Shown here piece by piece: positions 9,745 to 20,396 of a DNA stretch of 64,000 bases; position 1 is the stretch's first letter; the number at the start of each line of letters is the position of its first letter. The notes under the pieces are model-generated. The model was given only the letters and a program-made list of their open reading frames with translations, searched no databases and was not told the origin of the DNA. The DNA comes from Vicinamibacterales bacterium. GTDB lineage: Bacteria; Acidobacteriota; Vicinamibacteria; Vicinamibacterales; 2-12-FULL-66-21. A program made the translations under genes and the position numbers. Location of the stretch: assembly GCA_035699745.1 (NCBI GenBank), contig DASSPH010000099.1:129841-193840 (forward strand), in the 5' to 3' direction.

Positions 9745-10509
9745 ATGAGCGACTTCAACCATCGCATCCTCGACGACACCTCGCACCGGCCGTGGCCGAT
9801 GCCGGCGGGACCGTGGCTGATGACGCAGACCTGGAACGACCTGCTCTTCGCGCACTGGCCGGTCGACGTCCGGGCGCTGCGCGACCGGGTCCCGCCGTCG
9901 TTCGAGCTGGATCTGTTCGACGGGCAGGCCTGGCTGGGGATCGTGCCCTTCCACATGACCAACGTCGCCCCGCGCCTGGTGCCCCCCCTGCCGTGGGTCT
10001 CCGCGTTTCCTGAGCTGAATGTCCGAACCTACGTTCGGATCGGCGATAAGCCCGGTGTGTACTTCTTCAGCCTCGACGCCGGCAACCGGGTCGCCGTGGG
10101 GGCGGCCCGTACGCTCCTGAACCTGCCTTACTACACGGCCGAGATGGCGGTCACGGCCGACTCGGGCCGGATCCGGTACGAAAGCCGCCGCCCCGACCCG
10201 CCGGCCGAGTTCCGGGCGACGTATCGCGGGCTCGGAGGTCCCCGGCCGCCGCAGCCGGGCACGCTCGAATACTTCCTGACCGAACGCTATTGCCTCTACG
10301 CGGTCAATCACCGGCACGTCGCCTACCGTCTCGACATTCACCATCCGCCGTGGCCGCTCGAAGCAGCGGAAGCGGAGATTCCGCTGAACACGATGGCCGG
10401 CGCCGCAGGGATCCGGCTGCCGTCGATGGCGCCGCTCCTCCACTTTGCGAAGCGCCAGGACATGGTCTGCTGGGCGCCGGAGATGCTGAGCCGGGACCGC
10501 GCGTTCTGA
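9745..10509 (+). CDS. DUF2071 (YqjF-like) domain protein
   Basis: True start MSDFNHRILDDTSHRPWPMPAGPWLMTQTWNDLLFAHWPV at 9745; the track's 9397 start adds an Arg/Asp-rich junk extension. The W-rich conserved N-terminus is typical of DUF2071. Confidence 0.7.
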   Translation: MSDFNHRILDDTSHRPWPMPAGPWLMTQTWNDLLFAHWPVDVRALRDRVPPSFELDLFDGQAWLGIVPFHMTNVAPRLVPPLPWVSAFPELNVRTYVRIGDKPGVYFFSLDAGNRVAVGAARTLLNLPYYTAEMAVTADSGRIRYESRRPDPPAEFRATYRGLGGPRPPQPGTLEYFLTERYCLYAVNHRHVAYRLDIHHPPWPLEAAEAEIPLNTMAGAAGIRLPSMAPLLHFAKRQDMVCWAPEMLSRDRAF

Positions 10510-10612
10510 TAAGGTTCGCCGATGGTACGAATGGTCGGCATCGCGGCAGCCGTCGTCCTCGTCGCGCAATCTGGAGCCGCGTCCTCTACGACCGTGCCGC
10601 GATGGTGACGCG

Positions 10613-11800
10613 ATGACGACGATGTTGTGCATTGCGACGTACCGAAAAGGAGACGAGTTCCTGAAAGAATGCCGGCGCCAGGGCTGCCGCGTGCTCCTGG
10701 TGACCGACGAGACGCTGCGCGACGCGGACTGGCCGCGCGAGGCGATCGACGCCTTCTACTACGTGCGGCGCGACATGCCGGCCGGCGACATTCGCAAGGG
10801 GGCGGCATATCTGGCGCGCACCGAACGGCTGGATCGCATCGTGGCGCTGGACGACTTCGACGTCGAGACCGCCGCCATGCTGCGCGAGTACCTCCACGTG
10901 CCGGGCATGGGAGAGACGACGGGCCGTGCGTTCCGCGACAAGCTGGCGATGCGGTCGCGGGCGCGGGCGGCGGGGATTGCCTGTCCGGATTTCGTCCACG
11001 CGGTGAATCAGGATGCGATCCACGAGTGGACGGCGCGCGTCTCCCCGCCGTGGGTGCTGAAACCGCGCGCCCAGGCCGCGGCGATCGGGATCAAGAAGAT
11101 CGAATCGGCGGACGAACTGTGGAGCATCCTCGACACTCTCGGCGACGCGCGCCCCGAGTTCGTGCTCGAGCAGTTCGTGCCCGGCGACGTGTATCACGTC
11201 GACTCCCTCGTGCTCGATCGGACGGTCGTGTTCGCGCAGGCGAGCCGCTACGGAACGCCGCCGTTCGCGGTGGCCCATCAGGGAGGCATTTTCGTGACCC
11301 GCACGCTGGGCGCGGACGATCCGGTGGCGATCGCGCTCGAGGACATCAACGCGCGGGTCCTCGTCTCGTTCGGGCTGCAGCGCGGCGTGTCGCACACCGA
11401 GTTCATCCGCGCCGCCGACGGCACGATCCACTTCCTCGAGACGTCCGCGCGCGTCGGGGGAGCCTACATCGCGGACGTCGTCCATGCGGCGACGGGGATC
11501 AACCTGTGGCGCGAGTGGGCGAAGATCGAGATCGCCGGCGAGCACGGCCGCTACACGGTGCCGCCGGCGGCGGATCGATACGCGGGCATCGTGCTGTCGC
11601 TCGCGCGGCAGGAGCATCCCGACATGCGCGCGTACGACGATCCGGAGATCGTGATGCGGGTCGACAAACGCCATCACGCCGGCCTCATCGTCGCGTCTCC
11701 CGACGAGGCGCGGGTGCGCGCGCTGCTCGACGCCTACGCGTCGCGGTTCTATCGGGATTTCCACACCTCCGCGCCGGCCCCCGAGAGAGCGCACGATTGA
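10613..11800 (+). CDS. ATP-grasp superfamily ligase
   Basis: 395 aa. Central-domain motifs WVLKPRAQAAAIGIKKIESADELW and EQFVPGDVYHVDSLV, C-domain SHTEFIRAADGTIHFLETSARVGG. Confidence 0.75.
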   Translation: MTTMLCIATYRKGDEFLKECRRQGCRVLLVTDETLRDADWPREAIDAFYYVRRDMPAGDIRKGAAYLARTERLDRIVALDDFDVETAAMLREYLHVPGMGETTGRAFRDKLAMRSRARAAGIACPDFVHAVNQDAIHEWTARVSPPWVLKPRAQAAAIGIKKIESADELWSILDTLGDARPEFVLEQFVPGDVYHVDSLVLDRTVVFAQASRYGTPPFAVAHQGGIFVTRTLGADDPVAIALEDINARVLVSFGLQRGVSHTEFIRAADGTIHFLETSARVGGAYIADVVHAATGINLWREWAKIEIAGEHGRYTVPPAADRYAGIVLSLARQEHPDMRAYDDPEIVMRVDKRHHAGLIVASPDEARVRALLDAYASRFYRDFHTSAPAPERAHD

Positions 11801-11809
11801 CGCACGCCG

Positions 11810-12187
11810 CTACTTCGCGGCCGGCAGGAACTCGAGCGCGACGACGCGCCTGGTCGAGGGCGTCCAGGTCAGATACACGCGGTCCGGCGGCGTGCGGCCG
11901 CCGCAGCTGACAGGGCCGCGAAACGACGGGGTGTGCGCGATGTATTCCACCGAGCCGAGGGTGGGAGCGGTGAACTTGACCGGCGTCTTGTCCGGTTTCT
12001 GCAGCACGAAGGTGACGGGGCGCCCGGGGGGACACTCGATGCGCCGCAGCAGCCCTTCGACGCGCACCTCCCCCGCCTTCGGCACACGATAGATCGTACG
12101 CGTTTCCGGCTCGGCGCCCGGCGTGACGCGCACCGGATCCTGACTCGTCAACAACGCGAGCACCACGGCGGCAATCATCGGCAGCAT
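11810..12187 (-). CDS. Secreted hypothetical protein
   Basis: 125 aa. N-terminal signal-like MLPMIAAVVLALLTSQD; no recognisable domain. Confidence 0.45.
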   Translation of the reverse strand: MLPMIAAVVLALLTSQDPVRVTPGAEPETRTIYRVPKAGEVRVEGLLRRIECPPGRPVTFVLQKPDKTPVKFTAPTLGSVEYIAHTPSFRGPVSCGGRTPPDRVYLTWTPSTRRVVALEFLPAAK

Positions 12188-12235
12188 CCTACTCCCCTAG
12201 ACGTCCGACAAGGAACGCGCTAAGCTCGAGCCGCG

Positions 12236-12427
12236 GTGCCGGATGCGAACGCGGCGAAGGCGCTGCTCGCGAACGATCCGTTCGTCAAGGCCGGCGTGAT
12301 GGTCCCGGACCGTGTCAAGGACGTCGCCGCCGCGACCGCGCTGGCGGCGGAAGATCCGTCGGTGAAGGCGGGACGGTTGAAGCTGGAAGCTTGTCCGTGG
12401 ATGACCTTCAAGGGCATTCTCAAGTAG
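12236..12427 (+). pseudogene. YciI-like protein, C-terminal remnant (N-terminal half missing)
   Basis: 63-aa GTG-started ORF ending ...AEDPSVKAGRLKLEACPWMTFKG. This matches the conserved C-terminus of the YciI/Dabb family (DPF..G....E..PW). An in-frame stop at 12221-12223 leaves no room for the roughly 50 N-terminal residues. An intact paralog lies at 35409..35783. Confidence 0.3.
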
Positions 12428-12890
12428 GCCGCGGCGCGAGCACGAACTCGAACTTCGGCAGCGTCCGATCCCTGGCGCCCGGCATCGGCGCCGGCACTTC
12501 GCCAATCCGCCGTGCGCCGAGCCGCTCGTAGAAGCCGCTGGCGAACGGGTCGGACAGCAGTTCGACGGCGCTGACGCTGCGGCGCCTCGCCTCCGTCAAC
12601 GCGTGCAGCACCAGCGCGCGGCCGACGCCGCGGCCGTGCCTCGCCGGCTCCACCCAGACGTGCTCCAGGTTGCAGCGGTCGCCGCGGTCCTCGAGCGCGC
12701 ACATCCCGACCACCGCGCCATCCTCTTCCGCGACCCATACGTCGTGCAGATCGAGATACCCGGGAATGATGGTGAGCTGGGCGTCCCATTCGCGCATCCA
12801 GTGTGCCGGATAGCCCCAGTGCGCCTTGGCCCGGTGCGCCAGGTCCGACAACGCGTCGGCATCGTCCGCCGCGGCGCGCCGAATGAGCAT
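12420..12890 (-). CDS. GNAT family N-acetyltransferase
   Basis: 156 aa. Acetyl-CoA binding motif VWVEPARHGRGVGRALVLHA. Confidence 0.85.
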   Translation of the reverse strand: MLIRRAAADDADALSDLAHRAKAHWGYPAHWMREWDAQLTIIPGYLDLHDVWVAEEDGAVVGMCALEDRGDRCNLEHVWVEPARHGRGVGRALVLHALTEARRRSVSAVELLSDPFASGFYERLGARRIGEVPAPMPGARDRTLPKFEFVLAPRPT

Positions 12891-13437
12891 GCACCAGTTG
12901 TATCATGCGGGCCTGCCTCTCCTCCTCCTGGGCGTCTTCATCGTCCTCGCCTTTATCGCGCTGATTCCGTTCTCCCTGATCCAGCGGTTCCGGATGGGGA
13001 CGATGCGCCGGCGCGCGCTCGGCTGGGTGATTGGCCTGAACGCGTTCGGGACCTTGCTGTCGGTGCTGTTCTTCCTGGTCAGCGCAGCGATCGCGACCCG
13101 CTGGGTTCCCGGCACGCTGACCTACACCGCCGCCGGCATCGGCGGCGGCGCGGCCGCGGGTGCGCTGGGGCTGGCGCTGACGCGCTGGGAGGCGGCCGCG
13201 GGACGGCTGTACTACACGCCCAACCGGTGGCTGGTGCTCGCGATCACGCTCGTGGTGACCGGACGTTTGTTCTACGGCTTCTATCGCAGCTACGAGGCGT
13301 GGCAGGCGACGCTGGATCGCATGACGTGGGTGGCGGTCTCGGGCGTGGCGACGTCGATGTCCGCCGGCGCCATCGTGCTCGGGTACTACCTGGTCTACTG
13401 GTTTGGCGTGCGGCGGCGCCTGCGGCGCGTTTCGTGA
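12883..13437 (+). CDS. Integral membrane protein (4-5 TM), unknown function
   Basis: Hydrophobic helices LPLLLLGVFIVLAFIALIPF, ALGWVIGLNAFGTLLSVLFFLVSAAIA, WLVLAITLVVTGRLFYGFY, VAVSGVATSMSAGAIVLGYYLVYWF. Start chosen at the first ATG (12883) after the Arg/Ser-rich track extension. Confidence 0.5.
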   Translation: MSMHQLYHAGLPLLLLGVFIVLAFIALIPFSLIQRFRMGTMRRRALGWVIGLNAFGTLLSVLFFLVSAAIATRWVPGTLTYTAAGIGGGAAAGALGLALTRWEAAAGRLYYTPNRWLVLAITLVVTGRLFYGFYRSYEAWQATLDRMTWVAVSGVATSMSAGAIVLGYYLVYWFGVRRRLRRVS

Positions 13438-13452
13438 TATAGCCTCAGGTCG

Positions 13453-14604
13453 ATGAGCTACACTCCCGACCCGTCTCACAAGTTCACGTTCGGCCTCTGG
13501 ACCGTCGGCAACCGCGGACGCGACCCGTTCGGCGAAGCGGTCCGTCCCGCGCTCGATCCCGTCACTTCCGTGCACAAGCTGGCGGAACTCGGCGCCTACG
13601 GGATCAACCTGCACGACAACGACCTCGTTCCAATCGACGCGACACCCGCGGAGCGGGACGCCATCGTCCGGCGGTTCCGCCAGGCGCTCGAGGCGACAGG
13701 ACTGAAGGTGCCGATGGCGACGACCAACCTGTTCACCGATCCGGTGTTCAAGGACGGCGCGTTCACGTCGCACGATGCTTCGGTCCGCGCCTATGCGGTT
13801 CAGAAGACGATGAGCGCGATGGACCTGGGCGTGGAGCTCGGGGCGCGGACGTACGTGTTCTGGGGCGGACGCGAGGGGGCGGAGGTCGACGCGGGCAAGG
13901 ATCCCATCCAGGCCATCGCCCGCTTCCGTGAAGCGATCGACTTCCTCTGCGAGTACGCGATCGATCGGAAGTATCCGCTGCGGTTCGCTCTCGAAGCGAA
14001 GCCGAACGAGCCGCGCGGCGACATCTACTTCCCCACCACGGCGGCGTATCTCGGCTTCATCCCGACGCTGGCGCATCCCGACATGGTCGGCGTGAACCCC
14101 GAGGTCGCGCACGAGCACATGGCGGGGCTGAACTTCTATCACGCCGTCGCCCAGGCGCTCGAGGCCGGCAAGCTCTTTCACATCGATCTGAACGATCAGA
14201 AGCCCGGCCGGTTCGACCAGGATCTGCGCTTCGCCTCCGAATCGATCAAGCCGCTGTTCTTCCTGGTGAAGCTCCTGGAAGAATCCGGCTACGACGGGCC
14301 GCGCCATTTCGACGCGCACGCCTACCGGACGGAGGACGAACAGGGCGTGTGGGACTTCGCGCGCGGCTGCATGCGCACGTATCTCATCCTGAAGGAGAAG
14401 GCGGAGCAGTTCCGCGCGCACGCGGAGATTCAGGCGCTGCTCGCGGAGCTCGAACCACAGGGGCAGGAGCCGCTCGGTCCGTACTCGGCGGATCGGGCCG
14501 CGGGCTTGAAGGTGCGGGTATTCGATCGTGAGGCGCTGGCGGCGCGCCGGCTGCCCTACGAGCGCCTCGACCAGCTCGTGGTCGAGCTGCTGCTGGGCGT
14601 CTGA
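13453..14604 (+). CDS. xylA: Xylose isomerase, class I (short, actinobacterial type)
   Basis: 383 aa. N-terminal FTFGLWTVG signature; metal/active-site region [26 protein letters not shown]. Confidence 0.92.
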   Translation: MSYTPDPSHKFTFGLWTVGNRGRDPFGEAVRPALDPVTSVHKLAELGAYGINLHDNDLVPIDATPAERDAIVRRFRQALEATGLKVPMATTNLFTDPVFKDGAFTSHDASVRAYAVQKTMSAMDLGVELGARTYVFWGGREGAEVDAGKDPIQAIARFREAIDFLCEYAIDRKYPLRFALEAKPNEPRGDIYFPTTAAYLGFIPTLAHPDMVGVNPEVAHEHMAGLNFYHAVAQALEAGKLFHIDLNDQKPGRFDQDLRFASESIKPLFFLVKLLEESGYDGPRHFDAHAYRTEDEQGVWDFARGCMRTYLILKEKAEQFRAHAEIQALLAELEPQGQEPLGPYSADRAAGLKVRVFDREALAARRLPYERLDQLVVELLLGV

Positions 14605-14639
14605 GCCGGCGGAGCCCGGCCCGGCATAGAATCCAGCGC

Positions 14640-15986
14640 ATGTCGACGCACCTTCGCTTCGCGGCGGCCATGGCCGGCCTTGCGTTCCTCACTGGCGCGG
14701 GCGCACTCGCGCAGTCCCGCGCCGGCGACTGGCCAAGCTGGCGCGGCCCCGACGGCGGCGTCTCTCCGGCCGCGTCGCTGCCGACGCGCTGGAGCGCGAC
14801 CGAGAACGTCGCGTGGAAGGCGGCACTCGCCGGTGCGGGCGTGTCGACGCCGATCGTCAGCGGCGACCGCGTCTACGTCACCTCGCAGATCGGCGCCGGC
14901 GTCCGCCGCGAAGGCAACCACCCGCGCCTCGTGCAAGGCGCGGATGCCGCCGCCCAGGGCGAGCGCCCGCTCGGCGCGGCGAGCGCGCCCGACCCCGGCA
15001 GGACGACGTTCGTCGTCGAGGCGTTCAATCGCGCGGACGGCACGCGCGTGTGGGAGCGCCGCATCGACGCCGAGGGGGATCTGACCCCCGTTCACGACAA
15101 GCACAACCTGGCGACGGCGAGCCCGGCCAGCGATGGCTCGATGGTCGTGGCGTGGTTCGGCACCGGGCAGGTGGTCGCGCTCGATCGCGCGGGCGGCGTG
15201 CTGTGGCAGCGGAACCTCGCGCGCGAGAACGGGGCGTTCGACATTCAGTGGGGACACGGCAGCTCGCCGGTGCTGCACGGGGACACGGTGCTGCTGCTCT
15301 GCGACCAGCCCTCGCGGTCGTATCTGCTGGCGATCGACAAGGCGACGGGCAAGGATCGGTGGAAAGCGGATCGCGGCACGGGACGCGCGTCGTACAGCAC
15401 GCCGCTCGTGGTGCAGGGGCCGTTCGGCACCGAGATCGTCGTCAACTCCACCGAACGGATCGACGCCTACGACGCCGCCAGCGGCACGCTGCTGTGGCAC
15501 GCCGGCGAAGCGAGCCGGTTCGCCGTGCCGACGCCCGTGTTCCATGGCGGCGTGATCTATGCCAGCCGCGGCTACCGCAGCGGCCCATACATGGCGCTGA
15601 AGCCGGGCGGGCGCGGCGACGTGAACGGCACGCACACACTCTGGCGCGTCGCCACCGGCGCGCCGTACGTCTCCTCGCTGCTCTTCTACGAGGGGCTCGT
15701 CTATATGGCCAACGACGTGGGCGTGCTCACCGCCGTCGACGCGGCGAGCGGCCAGCGGGTCTGGCAGGAGCGGGTGGACGGCGTGTTTTCGGCCTCCCCG
15801 GTGGGCGGCGGCGGGCACGTCTATTTCGTCAGCGAGAACGGCGAGACCGTCGTCGTCAAGGCGGGACGCACGCCGCAGATCGCCGCGCGCAACCCGCTCG
15901 GCGAGCGCGCCATTGCGTCGCCGGCGATCGCCGGCGGTCAGATCTTCCTCCGCACCGACCGGCACGTGTTCGCGATCGGCCGCTAG
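14640..15986 (+). CDS. PQQ-like beta-propeller repeat protein, secreted
   Basis: 448 aa. Signal peptide; repeated W-containing blade motifs (DWPSWRGP, VAWKAAL, VWERRID, LWQRNL, LLWHAG, VWQERVDG). Confidence 0.8.
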   Translation: MSTHLRFAAAMAGLAFLTGAGALAQSRAGDWPSWRGPDGGVSPAASLPTRWSATENVAWKAALAGAGVSTPIVSGDRVYVTSQIGAGVRREGNHPRLVQGADAAAQGERPLGAASAPDPGRTTFVVEAFNRADGTRVWERRIDAEGDLTPVHDKHNLATASPASDGSMVVAWFGTGQVVALDRAGGVLWQRNLARENGAFDIQWGHGSSPVLHGDTVLLLCDQPSRSYLLAIDKATGKDRWKADRGTGRASYSTPLVVQGPFGTEIVVNSTERIDAYDAASGTLLWHAGEASRFAVPTPVFHGGVIYASRGYRSGPYMALKPGGRGDVNGTHTLWRVATGAPYVSSLLFYEGLVYMANDVGVLTAVDAASGQRVWQERVDGVFSASPVGGGGHVYFVSENGETVVVKAGRTPQIAARNPLGERAIASPAIAGGQIFLRTDRHVFAIGR

Positions 15987-15987
15987 C

Positions 15988-17052
<1,065 letters not shown>

Positions 17053-17069
17053 CGGGTTACCATGAGGGC

Positions 17070-17477
17070 ATGCCCCTCGACGAGCGCTCGCTGTTCACCG
17101 ACAAGCACGAGACCAGGCCGGGACGTTTCCAGTGCCCGAAGTGCCGCCGCACCGGCGAATACAGCATCCGGTGGGTGCGCCGCACGAAGAAGGACCGGCT
17201 GCCGCCCGGGGCCGACGAGGTGGATCGCGCCAAGTTCGCCAAGCTGCGCAACTATCTGCTCAGACTGGACGACGAAGTCACCTGCAAGACCTGCGGCAGG
17301 AAGTTCGAGATTCCGTCGCAGCAGTCGATGATCTTCGTCGACCAGCTCGCCGGGCTGCCCAACGAGGAGGATCTCGAGCGCGAGATCGCCGCCGCGTCCG
17401 GCGAATCCGAGCCCGAGCCGCCGAAGAAGCCGAAACTGCCGGACCGGTTCACCCGCACCCCCAGCGGCTGGAAGTAA
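17070..17477 (+). CDS. Zinc-ribbon protein (two CxxC pairs)
   Basis: 135 aa. CPKC...(41 aa)...CKTC; acidic C-terminal tail. Preferred over the antisense ORF 17049..17630, which is Arg/Gly-rich. Confidence 0.55.
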   Translation: MPLDERSLFTDKHETRPGRFQCPKCRRTGEYSIRWVRRTKKDRLPPGADEVDRAKFAKLRNYLLRLDDEVTCKTCGRKFEIPSQQSMIFVDQLAGLPNEEDLEREIAAASGESEPEPPKKPKLPDRFTRTPSGWK

Positions 17478-18031
17478 GACAGCAGCGCCGTCCTGGGAAG
17501 GAATTTGCCGAGACACGGAACCTTTCTCTCCCCGGGGGCAGACCTTTTCACCGGCAATCGCGGGTTTTCCGGCGCATTTCGCTGGAACCGATGTTGCTCC
17601 GGTGGAAGGCGTGCCTCTTGACGTCGCCATCGGACGCGCGCTCGCATGGTGCGCTCATCCTTACCTTTCGTGGCGGCGTCTGCCGGCATCCGGTCGCGTG
17701 CTGCTGGTGGCTGCGTATGTCAGTGCCGGCTACGTGACCGTGTTGACGCTGCTGCTGGTCTCCTGATCGGTCGCCGCGGCCGCGTCACACCGGTCTGCCG
17801 TCATGACGCCGCCGGCCGGCGGCCGGTGGTCGGTTCCGTCCTTCGGGGTGGGTCCGTGGCGCGGGCGGATGTCCCGCAACTCGGGTCCAGATCTCCCCGG
17901 CCGATCACCGGGCGCCGGCCGCCGTCGATCCCGCCTCCGCGTCAGAGCGATGCCCTCGGACATGTGAACGCCTCCCCCCTGACGATAGCGGGCCGGCGTG
18001 ACAACGGGGAAACGCGTGCGTTTCAGGAAGG

Positions 18032-18589
18032 TCAGGGATTGGCGTCGGTCGTCGCCGTGAGGCGGCGCCGCATGTTCACGTCGCGGTTCTGTTCGATGTA
18101 GTCGACGCCGTCGGCGGTGATCGCCAGCCGCGACTGATCGTCGCGGGTCACCAGCTTCCGCTGCGTCAGGTACCAGATCGTGAACTCGAGGTGCTCGCGA
18201 GGCTGGCCTGTCAGCTGCGACAGCTCGTAGTTGGTGAACGCCGGCGACCCCGGCTCGGCCCGTCGGCGCGCGTAGAGGATCTCGAGAATCGTGCACCGGA
18301 GCTGCTGTTCCAGCTCGAAGTCGCTGGCGCCGCTCGCCGTCGCCGCGAAGCGCCACCGCTCCTGCCGCAGCGCCTGGTGATGGACGTCGTACTGCGCCCG
18401 CTTCTCGGGCACGCTGAGCACCGAGTACGCCTCGTGCAGCGCGCGGAAGCGATCGGCGTCGCCGGTCTCCTTGTTGTCAGGATGGAAGCGCTGCGCGAGC
18501 AGCCGGAACACCCGCTGAACGGTGTCCGGATCGGCGTTGGGGCTGATCTGCAGCGTCTCGTAGTAGTCGACGGGGTGACCCTCTGACAT
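18032..18589 (-). CDS. J-domain (DnaJ-like) protein with C-terminal winged-helix-like region
   Basis: Start MSEGHPVDYYETLQISPNADPDTVQRVFRLLAQRFHPDNKETGDADRFRALHEAYSVLSVPEKRAQYD, a canonical J domain with HPD. The track's upstream 53 codons are junk. Confidence 0.7.
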   Translation of the reverse strand: MSEGHPVDYYETLQISPNADPDTVQRVFRLLAQRFHPDNKETGDADRFRALHEAYSVLSVPEKRAQYDVHHQALRQERWRFAATASGASDFELEQQLRCTILEILYARRRAEPGSPAFTNYELSQLTGQPREHLEFTIWYLTQRKLVTRDDQSRLAITADGVDYIEQNRDVNMRRRLTATTDANP

Positions 18590-18675
18590 GCACGTCCTTT
18601 CCGCTGGCCGCAGATGATCGCCGAAACCCTGCCGCGAGCGCAAGGCGGACGTAGAATCGCGCCGGAGGTCCGCAC

Positions 18676-19935
18676 ATGACCAGAGGCCGTCAGGAGATGG
18701 CGATCGCGGCAGGACTGGTGGCGCTGCTGCTGTGCCGCAGCTCCGCACAGACCGGCATCCGATTCACCGTGGTGCCGATCGATCCCGGCGCCGCCGAGTC
18801 CGTTGCGGTTGCGGACGTGAACAACGACGGCCGCCTCGACATCGTGTCGGCGGAGAGCTGGTACGAAGCCCCGGCATGGACCAGGCGCGCCATCCGCGCG
18901 ATTCCCGTCGCCAGCGGCTACGTCGATTCGTTCAGCGACCTGCCGCTCGACGTCGACGGCGACACCTTCACCGACGTGATCCAGATCGGCTACTTCGCGC
19001 GGCGCATCGTCTGGATGAGGAACCCCGGACGGAGCGGAGAGGCATGGACGGAGCATCTCATCGACGCGGTCGGGCCCACGGAGTTCGCCTTCCTCGTCGA
19101 CCTGGACAACGACGGCAAGGCCGACGACCTGCTGCCGCAGTTCACCGGCGCGGCGCAGGCGCCGCTGACCTGGTACGACCTCCAGGACGGGAAATGGATC
19201 AAACACGCCGTCAGCCAGCGGAGCTACGGACACGGCATCGGCGCCGGAGACGTGAACGGCGACAAGCGCAACGACATCCTGACGCCGCAGGGCTGGCTGG
19301 AGGCGCCCGCGGATCCGCGCGCGCCCGGCGACTGGACGTTTCACGCCGCCGACTGGCAGCAGCGCGCGATTCCGCCGCCGGTGAAATCCGGCGCCGCCTC
19401 CGCGAACGCCCCGCCGCCCATCGCTGTTCCCCCGACGACGGAGCCGGCCCCGTCGCCGCGCGGGGCCGAGTGGGGATTCCTGCATGCGATCGACGTCAAC
19501 GCCGACGGCCGTACCGACGTCCTCACGACCAGCGCGCACAGCTACGGGCTCTGCTGGTTCGAGCAGCGGGCTGACGGCACCTGGCAGCAGCACGTGATCG
19601 ATCACAGCTGGTCGCACGCGCACGCGTCCGCGCTTGCCGACATGGACGGCGACGGGCGCCTCGATCTGGTCACGGGCAAGCGCTTCCAGTCGCGCAACGT
19701 GGCGGCGGCGGGCGACGACGAGCCGCTGGGAATGTATTGGTATCGATTCGAGCGCACGCCGGGCGGGCCGGTCGCCTGGTCGCGCCATACCATCGACTTC
19801 GGCGGCAAGGCGGGCGCCGGGCTTCAGATCGCGGTGCGCGACATGGACGGGGACGGCGACCTGGACGTGGTCAGCGCGGGCAAGTCGGGACTGTATCTTG
19901 CACGAAACGAGAACCGATCGCGTTCTCGTCGATGA
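18676..19935 (+). CDS. FG-GAP/VCBS repeat beta-propeller protein, secreted
   Basis: 419 aa. Signal peptide; repeated Ca-binding-like DxNxDGxxD blades (DVNNDGRLDIV, DVDGDTFTDV, DLDNDGKADD, DVNGDKRNDI, DVNADGRTDV, DMDGDGRLDL, DMDGDGDLDV). Confidence 0.75.
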   Translation: MTRGRQEMAIAAGLVALLLCRSSAQTGIRFTVVPIDPGAAESVAVADVNNDGRLDIVSAESWYEAPAWTRRAIRAIPVASGYVDSFSDLPLDVDGDTFTDVIQIGYFARRIVWMRNPGRSGEAWTEHLIDAVGPTEFAFLVDLDNDGKADDLLPQFTGAAQAPLTWYDLQDGKWIKHAVSQRSYGHGIGAGDVNGDKRNDILTPQGWLEAPADPRAPGDWTFHAADWQQRAIPPPVKSGAASANAPPPIAVPPTTEPAPSPRGAEWGFLHAIDVNADGRTDVLTTSAHSYGLCWFEQRADGTWQQHVIDHSWSHAHASALADMDGDGRLDLVTGKRFQSRNVAAAGDDEPLGMYWYRFERTPGGPVAWSRHTIDFGGKAGAGLQIAVRDMDGDGDLDVVSAGKSGLYLARNENRSRSRR

Positions 19936-20396
19936 CTGCTTCGCGTCCGGCCCGGCTCGTCGTTATCGCGTGGGTCCTTACCGGGATCGCCCTCGGGCTC
20001 GGCACCTATACATTCGCCTACGCGAAGGGGTATTCGTACCTGACCAACGATCCCGCGGCGTGCGCCAACTGCCATGTCATGCGCGACCACTACGCCGCCT
20101 GGACGCGCTCGAGCCACCGCGCCGTCGCCGTCTGCAACGACTGTCACACGCCGCCAGGCGTCGTCGGGAAGTACACGACCAAGGCGCGCAACGGTTTCTG
20201 GCACTCGTTCTATTTCACGACGGGGCGGTATCCCGATCCGCTGCGGATCACGCCGCGCAACCACGAGGTGGCCGAGATCGCCTGCCGCAAATGCCACAGC
20301 GAGCTGACCGCCTCGATTGATCCGGCACACATGGAGACAGGGCGCGGCGGCCTCTCCTGCACCAGGTGCCACAACGACGCAGGACACATCGAATGA
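19932..20396 (+). CDS. nrfH: NapC/NirT-family tetraheme cytochrome c, NrfH
   Basis: Start MTASRPARLVVIAWVLTGIALG (TM anchor). Four CxxCH motifs: CANCH, CNDCH, CRKCH, CTRCH. Start ATG overlaps the stop of the FG-GAP gene (ATGA). Confidence 0.85.
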   Translation: MTASRPARLVVIAWVLTGIALGLGTYTFAYAKGYSYLTNDPAACANCHVMRDHYAAWTRSSHRAVAVCNDCHTPPGVVGKYTTKARNGFWHSFYFTTGRYPDPLRITPRNHEVAEIACRKCHSELTASIDPAHMETGRGGLSCTRCHNDAGHIE

